DNA of 64,000 bases from Candidatus Nomurabacteria bacterium GW2011_GWE1_32_28 (lineage in GTDB: Bacteria; Patescibacteriota; Minisyncoccia; Phycocordibacterales; UBA9973): positions 111,833 to 175,832 of the forward strand of contig LBOM01000003.1 in NCBI GenBank assembly GCA_000989515.1. The letters are read 5' to 3'. The translations under genes were made by a program, and so were the position numbers. The notes beneath the pieces are model-generated. The model worked only from the letters and a program-made list of their open reading frames with translations. It was not told the DNA's origin and made no database searches. Shown here piece by piece: positions 48,649 through 56,199 of this stretch (within the stretch, counting starts at the first letter, position 1; every line of letters starts with the position of its first letter).

Positions 48649-48719
48649 TGCGGGATGGGAGAATCGAACTCCCAACCTCAGTTTGGAAAACTGACGTTTT
48701 ACCATTAAACTAATCCCGC
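48649..48719 (-). tRNA. tRNA-Gly (anticodon UCC)
   Basis: Minus-strand cloverleaf GCGGGAT..GTTTAATGGTAAAAC..TCAGTTTTCCAAACTGA..GGGAGTTCGATTCTCCC..ATCCCGC-A. No CCA. Confidence 0.85.
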
Positions 48720-48765
48720 TTTCGCTAAAGCTTCAGCGAGGCAGACCCGCAACGGCTTTAACTGG

Positions 48766-48836
48766 TCGGGCTGCTGGGAATCGAACCCAGTCTAAACGCT
48801 CCCAAAGCGCTTGTACTACCGGTATACTACAGCCCG
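48766..48836 (-). tRNA. tRNA-Pro (anticodon UGG)
   Basis: Minus-strand cloverleaf CGGGCTG..anticodon stem AGCGC/GCGTT with loop TTTGGGA..CTGGGTTCGATTCCCAG..CAGCCCG-A. Confidence 0.8.
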
Positions 48837-48870
48837 AAAATTAATTATTATATTCTAGTTTTTGATTATA

Positions 48871-49329
48871 TCATAAAATAATATCACTTACCACTTTTAT
48901 TCTTACTTTTTTTTCTTTTGGACACAAATATACAACAAGTAAATCAACTTGCCATTCTTTTTCTTCGTCAACATTCTTATTTAGGAGATAAGTTTGAATT
49001 GTCCTTGATAAACGTTTCATTTTCCATGGGTGCATATTGTCTTCAGCTCGATAAGAATCTTTTTCTTCACTTCTATCAATATTTTCTATATTTTTTTTAT
49101 TAAGTAGCGGTTCACGTGTAACATCAACAGTTAAAGTTTCACAAGAAACACTTTTTACTTCAACAAAATAGAGTTTCCCTTCTTTTTCTGCGACTATATC
49201 TATTTCGCCCCATTTTTTGGTGTAGTTACGATCTAAAATTGAAAAATTGTGTTTCATGAGGAACCTTGTAGCAATGCTTTCACCTATTTCCCCAGTTTTT
49301 TGTGTTTCTGATGTAAAAACTTTAGGCAT
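48871..49329 (-). CDS. yraN: YraN/UPF0102-family endonuclease
   Basis: GEIGESIATRFLMKHNFSILDRNYTKKWGEIDIVAEKEGKLYFVEVKS is the UPF0102 signature (GE.AE..A..YL...G..IL.RN.R...GEIDII...VFVEVK). Confidence 0.7.
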   Translation of the reverse strand: MPKVFTSETQKTGEIGESIATRFLMKHNFSILDRNYTKKWGEIDIVAEKEGKLYFVEVKSVSCETLTVDVTREPLLNKKNIENIDRSEEKDSYRAEDNMHPWKMKRLSRTIQTYLLNKNVDEEKEWQVDLLVVYLCPKEKKVRIKVVSDIIL

Positions 49330-49339
49330 AATAGTAATC

Positions 49340-49363
49340 GATTACGAATTAATAATTACGAAT
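49340..49363. repeat. Short heptad repeat (AATTACG orientation) upstream of yraN
   Basis: gattacgaattaataattacgaat. Confidence 0.7.
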
Positions 49364-49428
49364 AAAAAAGATAGATATTTGGTTCCTTTTTGTCTTTCAG
49401 GAAGTAGTTTCATAAGAAACATCTTTAA

Positions 49429-49450
49429 TTTCGTTTCACGTGAAACGAAA
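49429..49450. promoter_or_regulatory. 22-bp perfect palindrome TTTCGTTTCACGTGAAACGAAA (candidate operator)
   Basis: Perfect dyad centred on CACGTG, ~100 bp upstream of the yraN start. Confidence 0.35.
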
Positions 49451-49562
49451 GGCTTAATTTTATGTCTTTTATTAAAATATCCTTATTTTGTAAGGTATTC
49501 TTATCAAAAAGGTCTTTACAGACAAGAATTTTTAGTGTCCTTTATAAACAGTACCAACATGG

Positions 49563-49571
49563 TTATCCACA
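49563..49571 (+). promoter_or_regulatory. Perfect DnaA-box consensus TTATCCACA
   Basis: Exact 9-mer (GGTTATCCACAG) in the intergenic region next to tRNA-Gly(GCC). Confidence 0.35.
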
Positions 49572-49636
49572 GTTTTTGATAAAATCCTTATAAACTAAGA
49601 TTAAAATAAAAGGACAGACCTTTAAGATATTTTTTG

Positions 49637-49707
49637 TGCGGCTAGGGAGAATCGAACTCCCGTCTCATCCTTGGCAAGGACGTGTTCTACCACTAAACCA
49701 TAACCGC
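49637..49707 (-). tRNA. tRNA-Gly (anticodon GCC)
   Basis: Minus-strand cloverleaf GCGGTTA..GTTTAGTGGTAGAAC..CGTCCTTGCCAAGGATG..GGGAGTTCGATTCTCCC..TAGCCGC-A. Confidence 0.85.
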
Positions 49708-49840
49708 TTTTTTAAAAAAAATAAATATAATTTATATTTTTAGATTATATTCTATTATAATATTTTAATTAAACTATTGCAATTTTTTTGTGGAATTTTA
49801 ATAAAAGTGTATAATTATATTATTATTAAATAATAAAAAA

Positions 49841-49912
49841 GCACCCGTGGTGAAATGGATATCATAACTGCCTTCGAAGCAGTCGTTCCAGGTTCGACCC
49901 CTGGCGGGTGCA
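49841..49912 (+). tRNA. tRNA-Arg (anticodon UCG)
   Basis: GCACCCG..GTGAAATGGATATCAT..ACTGCCTTCGAAGCAGT..CCAGGTTCGACCCCTGG..CGGGTGC-A. No CCA. It ends 10 nt before the cca start codon. Confidence 0.85.
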
Positions 49913-49922
49913 CAAAATATAG

Positions 49923-51512
49923 ATGAGCCCTTTAGAACTCAAAAACTTAATATCTAAAATTCCCAAAAAAGTTTTATTTGTAACGGACACGCTTGAAGAA
50001 GCAGGTTTTGAAGCGTACCTTGTTGGTGGGTGTATAAGGGATATTCTTATAGGTAGAGAACCAAAGGATTGGGACATAACGACAAATGCTAAACCAGAAC
50101 AAATTATTGGGCTTTTTGAAAAAACGGTATATGAGAATGAATTTGGTACTGTAATGGTTATTCAAGAAGATGTTTCACAAGAAACATTACGTCAAATAGA
50201 GGTTACACCATATAGAATTGAGGCAAAATATACTGATTTTAGGCACCCAGACGGGGTTTTATTTAGTAATGACATAGAAGATGATCTTAAGAGACGTGAT
50301 TTTACAGTAAATGCAATGGCTTTTAGACCTAAAGGACATGATAAAAACTTTGTAGATATATTTGGTGGTCTAAAGGACATAAAAGATAAAATATTAAAAG
50401 CGGTAGGCGAGCCTGATGATCGTTTTGTCGAAGATCCGCTTCGGATGCTTCGAGCCATTCGTATTGCTTTACAGCTTGGTTTTTCTATATCCTATGAAAG
50501 CAGTGAAAGTATTTTAAAAAATGCAGACTTAATAAAAAAAATATCACCAGAAAGAATTCGTGATGAATTTATAAAAATAATTATTTCACCAAATCCATCT
50601 GTTGGAATAGTGATGTTGCAAAAATTTGGATTATTAAAAAACATTATTCCAGAACTAGAAGAGGGAATAGGTTGTGAACAATCTGGGGAACATATCTATG
50701 ATGTGTGGAACCATTTACTTCATGCATTACAACATGCGGCAGATAAAGATTGGCCTTTAGAAGTAAGGCTCGCAGCCCTTTTTCATGATATTGGAAAACC
50801 AAAATCTAGGAGATCTATAGAAATAGAAGGAAATGCTCTCCGTCGTTCGCACACTATCTTGGAAGGGCAAGATCAAAAACTTTCGCAGCGAATACTCCTG
50901 CAAGCACATCCTTCTATTTCTAAGAAAAAATATACTTTTTATGGTCATGAAGTGATAGGGTACAGAATGGCAAAGAAAATATTAGAACGATTAAAATTTT
51001 CAAAAAAAGAAATTGAATTAATTGAAAAACTTGTTCGCAATCATATGTTTTTTTCTGATACAGAATTGATTACGCTTTCTGCTGTACGTAGAATTATTTC
51101 AAAAGTAGGAAAAGAAAATATTTGGCTTCTTATGGATGTCCGTGAGTGTGATAGAGTAGGCATGAAAAAAAAGGAAGCACCCTATCGTCTACGTAAATAT
51201 TTTGCAATGATAGAGGAAGCTCTACATGATCCTATATCTGTAGGACAGCTAAAAATAGATGGAGAATTCATGATTAAGGAACTTAAAATTAAGCCAGGCC
51301 CTAGAATGGGATGGATTTTACACGCTCTTTTGGAAGAAGTCTTAGATGACCCAACGAAGAATGATAAAGGACATCTTAGCCTTTTAGTTGAATCATTAAA
51401 TATGCTCGGTGATAATGAATTAAGGACATTGGGTGAAAGGGGAAAAGAAAAAAAGGATGAGCTAGAGATAGAAGAGATCGATAAATTAAAAAAGAGACAT
51501 GGAGTGAAGTAA
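49923..51512 (+). CDS. cca: CCA-adding tRNA nucleotidyltransferase with HD domain
   Basis: Pol-beta NTase head LVGGCIRDILIGREPKDWDITT, HD motif LFHDIGKP. It has a family-A GC-rich in-frame insertion at 50836-50900 (encodes ...[26 protein letters not shown]...). Confidence 0.9.
   Translation: MSPLELKNLISKIPKKVLFVTDTLEEAGFEAYLVGGCIRDILIGREPKDWDITTNAKPEQIIGLFEKTVYENEFGTVMVIQEDVSQETLRQIEVTPYRIEAKYTDFRHPDGVLFSNDIEDDLKRRDFTVNAMAFRPKGHDKNFVDIFGGLKDIKDKILKAVGEPDDRFVEDPLRMLRAIRIALQLGFSISYESSESILKNADLIKKISPERIRDEFIKIIISPNPSVGIVMLQKFGLLKNIIPELEEGIGCEQSGEHIYDVWNHLLHALQHAADKDWPLEVRLAALFHDIGKPKSRRSIEIEGNALRRSHTILEGQDQKLSQRILLQAHPSISKKKYTFYGHEVIGYRMAKKILERLKFSKKEIELIEKLVRNHMFFSDTELITLSAVRRIISKVGKENIWLLMDVRECDRVGMKKKEAPYRLRKYFAMIEEALHDPISVGQLKIDGEFMIKELKIKPGPRMGWILHALLEEVLDDPTKNDKGHLSLLVESLNMLGDNELRTLGERGKEKKDELEIEEIDKLKKRHGVK
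50836..50900 (+). repeat. Family-A GC-rich inserted element, in-frame in cca
   Basis: ctccgtcgttcgcacactatcttggaagggcaagatc...cgcagcgaatactcctgcaag is the reverse complement of the uvrA/polA copies. Orientation relative to the coding strand is the same in all three genes. Confidence 0.7.
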
Positions 51513-51581
51513 AAACAGAATAAAAAATAAATTAGTAATGACTATACGAGTGTCTAGTATTTTTATTGTTTTTATAATATG

Positions 51582-51610
51582 TTGACAAATAGAGCAACAT
51601 GTGCTAATGT
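51582..51610 (+). promoter_or_regulatory. Sigma70-like promoter TTGACA-17-TAATGT for the 51683 gene
   Basis: Consensus -35 TTGACA at 51582-51587, 17-nt spacer, TAATGT at 51605-51610. GGAG lies 8 nt before the ATG. Confidence 0.5.
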
Positions 51611-51682
51611 TTTGTTTAGAATTGTGAGCATAGCTCGTCCAAGGTGGATTAGGTGTTCATTGTTAAAAGAATGGAGTAAAGA

Positions 51683-52225
51683 ATGAAAAGAATGTTTGTA
51701 TTTGTTGTTGCTGTTCTTTTTTTGGTAGTTATGCCATTAAAAGCTCAGTATGTAAAAACTGGTGAAATACTTTCACTTGATTATTTATGGGCGTTGTTAA
51801 ATATTGTGTTTTTTTCTATTTTTATGGTTGGATATATATATTATAAAAAAAATCCAACTGAGTGGAGACCTGTTGTTATTGGTGGTCTAAAAAACAAGGA
51901 AGATACATTAATTATCTTTTCCCAACAATCTAAGGACAAGGAATTCTCTCTCGTTCTTGGTAGTCAAAGAAGAGTTCGTATTTCTGGTTTTTGGAATACA
52001 CAGCATCCTGGAATTTTAGTGTCAATTCTTCATCATTATGATCAAGAAAAAGCTTGGGTTGCAAGATTTCGTGGTAGTGATGGCCTTGAAGAAGAAAGAT
52101 ATATACTTCAGTCATGTGGCAATAGTGTTCTGAGGGCTTGGCATATTCTTTCAATTGGTGCTTCTGTATTAGAAGGTTGGAATGAGAAGACAGATTATGT
52201 TAATTTTAAAGTATGTTACAACTAA
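51683..52225 (+). CDS. Secreted hypothetical protein
   Basis: 180 aa. Signal peptide MKRMFVFVVAVLFLVVMPLKAQ plus a further TM. Confidence 0.5.
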   Translation: MKRMFVFVVAVLFLVVMPLKAQYVKTGEILSLDYLWALLNIVFFSIFMVGYIYYKKNPTEWRPVVIGGLKNKEDTLIIFSQQSKDKEFSLVLGSQRRVRISGFWNTQHPGILVSILHHYDQEKAWVARFRGSDGLEEERYILQSCGNSVLRAWHILSIGASVLEGWNEKTDYVNFKVCYN

Positions 52226-52231
52226 TATTTT

Positions 52232-52273
52232 GAACCAGAAATTTCTAAAGAAATTTCTGGTTCTTTTTTTTTT
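52232..52273 (+). terminator. Rho-independent terminator
   Basis: GAACCAGAAATTTCT-AA-AGAAATTTCTGGTTC is a perfect 15-bp stem followed by T10. Confidence 0.85.
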
Positions 52274-52378
52274 ATATAAATTAAATTTACATAAACCCTG
52301 ATAATTTTTTTATATATTTTAGAATTTTTTTTGAATATAACAATATTACTAATTTTAAAATATGCTATTATTTATAAT

Positions 52379-53338
52379 ATGAAAATTGGGATTTTTGATT
52401 CGGGGTTAGGAGGATTAATTATTGCGAAGGCAATAAGAAAAGTGATGCCAGAATATGACTATGTATATTTGGGAGACACAAAAAGAGTGCCTTATGGTAA
52501 TAGGTCGCATGAAGCTATTTATGAATTTACTCGTGAGGCGGTAGATTATTTATTTAAAAAAGAAGATTGCGCGATTATTATTATTGCTTGCAACACTGCA
52601 TCTGCAAGAGCACTAAGAAGAATTCAACAAGAATATTTAGTTGAATACAATGCGACACGTAGATTGATGGGGGATTATGAAAGAAAAATATTAGGTGTAC
52701 TTATTCCAGCTGCAGAAGAAGCTGCAAGATATAAGAGAGTAGGAATATTAGGAACTTTGGGAACAGTAAATTCAAATTCTTTTCCTAATGAAATTCAAAA
52801 AATAAATTTAGAAAAGAAAAAAAAATTAGAAAAAAATAATTATTTGTCCTTTTTTCAGCATACGCAACATTGTATTAGTAAACCATATTCAGGTTCGAGT
52901 GCGGGCTGTGAAAAAGGAGCAAATACTTATTTTTTAGATGAGATTGAAAATGATACAAAAGTATTTCAAAATTCTGCACCATTGCTCGTGCCTTTAATAG
53001 AAGAAGGGGAGAAAGTTTTAGCAGTACAATTTATTAAAAAATATTTGAAAACACTTCAAGTTAAAAAACTTGATGCATTAGTTCTCGGCTGTACACATTA
53101 TCCTTTTTATAAAAAAGAGATTAAAAAGATACTTGGTTCTAAAATTAAAGTAATCTCTCAAGATGAAATTGTTCCTAAAAAATTGAAAGATTATTTTGTT
53201 AACTATCCTGAAATTGAGAAAAAACTTTCTAAAAATAAAAAAGCAAAAATATTAGTGACAGATATAACTCCTAATATAAAAAAGTTATCTCAAAAATGGT
53301 TTGGGAAAAATACAGAATTGGAATTAATTGAATTTTAA
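52379..53338 (+). CDS. murI: Glutamate racemase, with a ~45-aa internal insertion
   Basis: MKIGIFDSGLGGLIIAK...ACNTASA...GCTHYP. The start is taken at the ATG right after TTTATAAT. The insertion SKPYSGSSAGCEKGAN is encoded by GC-rich element family E at 52883-52916. Confidence 0.85.
   Translation: MKIGIFDSGLGGLIIAKAIRKVMPEYDYVYLGDTKRVPYGNRSHEAIYEFTREAVDYLFKKEDCAIIIIACNTASARALRRIQQEYLVEYNATRRLMGDYERKILGVLIPAAEEAARYKRVGILGTLGTVNSNSFPNEIQKINLEKKKKLEKNNYLSFFQHTQHCISKPYSGSSAGCEKGANTYFLDEIENDTKVFQNSAPLLVPLIEEGEKVLAVQFIKKYLKTLQVKKLDALVLGCTHYPFYKKEIKKILGSKIKVISQDEIVPKKLKDYFVNYPEIEKKLSKNKKAKILVTDITPNIKKLSQKWFGKNTELELIEF
52883..52916. repeat. Family-E GC-rich element, in-frame in murI
   Basis: ccatattcaggttcgagtgcgggctgtgaaaaag matches the reverse complement of 55121-55155 (the intergenic hairpin arm) at 30/34 positions. 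Confidence 0.65.
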
Positions 53339-54123
53339 ATCTCTATCCAAATAGGGCAGTGGTCTGAGCCATGATAATCGGAAAGTATTCCTGTTTTTTT
53401 TATTCCTGTTTTTTTATTAAGAAAGTATTTGTCTGCAAAAAAGTAGTCTAGACGCCAGCCAACATTTCTGTCTCTTGCTCGAGTTTTTTGATCCCAGTAA
53501 GTATAAGAATCTTTTTTCTCTGGATAAAAATATCTAAAAACATCTATAAAATTATTTTTTATTACTTTACTAATCCATGCACGTTCTATGGGCAAGAATC
53601 CAGTATTCTCTTCATTTGCTTTTGGACGTGCGAGGTCTATCGCTTCGTGTGCTGTGTTTATATCTCCACAAAAAATAACGTGCTCGCCATTTTTGCGAAG
53701 TTTTAAAATAAATTTTAAGAAAGCATCATAAAATTCTAATTTGTATTTTAATCTATGTGGACCACTTCCACCGTTTGGAAAATACCCAGTGATGATTGTT
53801 GTTTTTTTATTTTTGTTTTCATATTTGGCAATTAATAATCTGCCTTCATCGTCGAATTTTTTTATTCCCATTCCATATAAAACTTCCTTTGGTTTTTCTT
53901 TTGAATAAATTCCCACACCACTATATCCTTTTCTTAATTTAGAATATGCAAAGTAAGAATGATATGGAGGAATGTTTCTCACATCTTCGTGTAACTGGTC
54001 TGGTTCTACTTTTGTTTCTTGTAAGCATAAAATATCTACTTTCCCTTTATCAAATAAGGGTATAAGAAAGCCTTGTTTTGCCGTTGCCCTTAATCCATTT
54101 GTGTTCCACGAAACTATTTTCAT
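53335..54123 (-). CDS. xth: Exodeoxyribonuclease III
   Basis: MKIVSWNTNGLRA...DILCLQETK...GDINTAH...SDHCP are the ExoIII/APE1 catalytic motifs. Confidence 0.9.
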   Translation of the reverse strand: MKIVSWNTNGLRATAKQGFLIPLFDKGKVDILCLQETKVEPDQLHEDVRNIPPYHSYFAYSKLRKGYSGVGIYSKEKPKEVLYGMGIKKFDDEGRLLIAKYENKNKKTTIITGYFPNGGSGPHRLKYKLEFYDAFLKFILKLRKNGEHVIFCGDINTAHEAIDLARPKANEENTGFLPIERAWISKVIKNNFIDVFRYFYPEKKDSYTYWDQKTRARDRNVGWRLDYFFADKYFLNKKTGIKKTGILSDYHGSDHCPIWIEI

Positions 54124-54124
54124 A

Positions 54125-55042
54125 TTATTTTTTAGAATGAAACTTTCTGTGAACTTCTTGCAATTGTTTGTCGGTCACGTGTGTGTAGATTTGTGTCGTT
54201 GCTATATTAGAATGTCCCAACATTATTTGCACACTTCTTATGTCTGCACCATTTTGTAAAAGATCAGTAGCAAAACAATGTCTTATAATATGAGGAGTAA
54301 CTTTTTTTGAGATACCAGCTTTTATAGCATAATGTTTTACTATCCTCTCTATCGATCTTCTTGCTAGTCCTTCTTTTTCATTTATACTTTTTTCTTTTGA
54401 TACTTTTACAAACAGAGCATCATCCATATCTTTTCTATTTTTTAAATATTCATTTATACATTTATTTGCTTCTTCTGAAACAAAAACTACTCTGACCTTG
54501 CTTCCTTTTCCTCGTATTGAAAATTCCCCAGCAGAGAAAGCCATATCTCTGGTGAGTGAACATAATTCAGAGACACGAAGACCAGTAGAAAAAAGTAATT
54601 GTAGTATCGCTCTGTCACGAAGTGATTTGATATCGTTTCCTTCTGGCGCAGAGAGTAGACGTTCGAGTTCTGTATGGGTTATCAAGTCAAGTTGTCTCTC
54701 AGGTACTTTTGCTAATTCTATTCTTTCAGCAGGAAGGGACTCTATCTTTTTCTTTGCTAAATATTTGAGAAATCCTCGTATACCTATCAGATAATAATTT
54801 TGAGTTTTCTTTTTTAATGTTTCACCATTTTGTCTGTTATTCCCGGCGCATTGTCTGTTTAGAAAAAGTCTAAATTCTCTCACGTTTTCATCGGTTATAT
54901 CTTTTACATCTTTTACTTTTATAAATTCTAAAAAACGAGTTATGTATCTGTCGTAATTTTCTACAGTTTTTAAACTTGAGCCTTTTTCAATTTCTAAATA
55001 TTCTAAAAATTCTCTTTTTAATTTATACACATCAGAGATCAT
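54125..55042 (-). CDS. xerD: Tyrosine site-specific recombinase XerC/XerD family
   Basis: C-terminal catalytic region PHIIRHCFATDLLQNGADIRSVQIMLGHSNIATTQIYTH (R..H..R...Y) and an N-terminal core-binding domain. Confidence 0.85.
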   Translation of the reverse strand: MISDVYKLKREFLEYLEIEKGSSLKTVENYDRYITRFLEFIKVKDVKDITDENVREFRLFLNRQCAGNNRQNGETLKKKTQNYYLIGIRGFLKYLAKKKIESLPAERIELAKVPERQLDLITHTELERLLSAPEGNDIKSLRDRAILQLLFSTGLRVSELCSLTRDMAFSAGEFSIRGKGSKVRVVFVSEEANKCINEYLKNRKDMDDALFVKVSKEKSINEKEGLARRSIERIVKHYAIKAGISKKVTPHIIRHCFATDLLQNGADIRSVQIMLGHSNIATTQIYTHVTDKQLQEVHRKFHSKK

Positions 55043-55109
55043 TTATTGATTATATCATGCCTGCCTGCCTTCTAGTGGGTTGCACAATATTTAAAGAATT
55101 TATTAAAAA

Positions 55110-55201
55110 TTGCAAGGTAGTATTTTTCACGGCCCGCACTCGAACTTGAACATGGTTTATCATCTTTATGAAGCGTATGCCGAAAAAACACTACCTTGCA
55201 A
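55110..55201. repeat. ~92-nt hairpin element (19-bp terminal inverted repeats) in the xerD-rpsO divergent intergenic region, containing family-E sequence
   Basis: TTGCAAGGTAGTATTTTTC ... GAAAAAACACTACCTTGCAA. The internal cacggcccgcactcgaacttgaacatgg is shared with the murI insertion. Confidence 0.6.
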
Positions 55202-55230
55202 TTTCTTCAGCTTTATGCTAAGATAATCCA

Positions 55231-55494
55231 ATGTTAACTACAAAGAAAAAGCAGTTAGTTATAAAGAAAAATCAAGTTCACGAAAAAGACACAGGATCTT
55301 CTGTTGTTCAAGTTGCTATATTGTCTACTCAAATAGACGAACTAGCAAAGCATTTAAAGAAGCACAAAAAAGATAATAATTCTCGTCGTGGTCTTATCAA
55401 AATGGTAGCAGATAGACGAATTCATTTAAAATATTTAGAACGAAAAAATAAACCTCAATACAATGCAGTTGTTAAAAAAATGAAACTTGCTTAA
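55231..55494 (+). CDS. rpsO: 30S ribosomal protein S15
   Basis: 87 aa. ...GSSVVQVAILSTQIDELAKHLKKHKKDNNSRRGLIKMVADRRIHLKYL is the S15 signature. Confidence 0.9.
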   Translation: MLTTKKKQLVIKKNQVHEKDTGSSVVQVAILSTQIDELAKHLKKHKKDNNSRRGLIKMVADRRIHLKYLERKNKPQYNAVVKKMKLA

Positions 55495-55500
55495 TTGATC

Positions 55501-55532
55501 GAGCCCCCTGTCGGGGGCTTTTGTTTCTTTTG
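55501..55532 (+). terminator. rpsO terminator / attenuator hairpin
   Basis: GAGCCCCC-TGTC-GGGGGCTT followed by TTGTTTCTTTT. Confidence 0.7.
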
Positions 55533-55573
55533 CAAGATAGAGTTGAGACAGACTTCTGTGTTATAATAAATAT

Positions 55574-56083
55574 ATGACAGTTATAAAAAATAAAGAACAG
55601 AGAGTGGGTGTTTTTATTGATACTCAAAATTTATATCATTCAGCTCGCAACTTGTATAAGGCGAGAGTAAATTTTGGTGCTGTTTTGAAAGAAGCAGTAG
55701 CTGGCAGAAAGCTTGTTCGTGCGGTAGCTTATGTTATCACTTCTGAGGCAGGAGATGAAAAGAATTTTTTTGAAGCACTTGAAAAGTTGGGAATTGAAAC
55801 TAAGACAAAAGACTTACAGGTGTATTATGGTGGTTTTAAAAAAGGTGATTGGGACGTCGGTCTTGCTGTCGATGCTATTAAATTTGCACCGAAGCTCGAT
55901 GCTGTCGTATTAGTCGCTGGTGATGGGGATTATGTGCCTATGGTAGAATATATTCAGAGTATGGGAGTACAAGTAGAGGCAATTTCATTTGGTAAATCAA
56001 CTTCTGGTAAGCTTCGTGAAGCAGTTGATGATTTTATAGATCTTTCTTTGAATCCAAAGAAATATTTAATAGGAATGAGGTAG
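55574..56083 (+). CDS. NYN-domain (LabA-like / DUF88) protein inserted between rpsO and pnp
   Basis: 169 aa. GVFIDTQNLYHS...GDWDVGLAVDAI...VLVAGDGDYVPMVEYIQSMGVQVEAI is the NYN/LabA PIN-like pattern. Confidence 0.7.
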   Translation: MTVIKNKEQRVGVFIDTQNLYHSARNLYKARVNFGAVLKEAVAGRKLVRAVAYVITSEAGDEKNFFEALEKLGIETKTKDLQVYYGGFKKGDWDVGLAVDAIKFAPKLDAVVLVAGDGDYVPMVEYIQSMGVQVEAISFGKSTSGKLREAVDDFIDLSLNPKKYLIGMR

Positions 56084-56199
56084 TAATTATAAATTAATCG
56101 GTTCGCGTTTAGACAGAAAGTAGTGTTCTCAATATTGAGGAACAATACTGTAGTCTCAACACGAACCAAAACCTTGAATTTTTTTGAGGTAAAAATAAT

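Noticed and set aside
49862-50165. Minus-strand ORFs of 71 and 63 aa
   Set aside because: They overlap tRNA-Arg and the 5' end of the well-supported cca gene.
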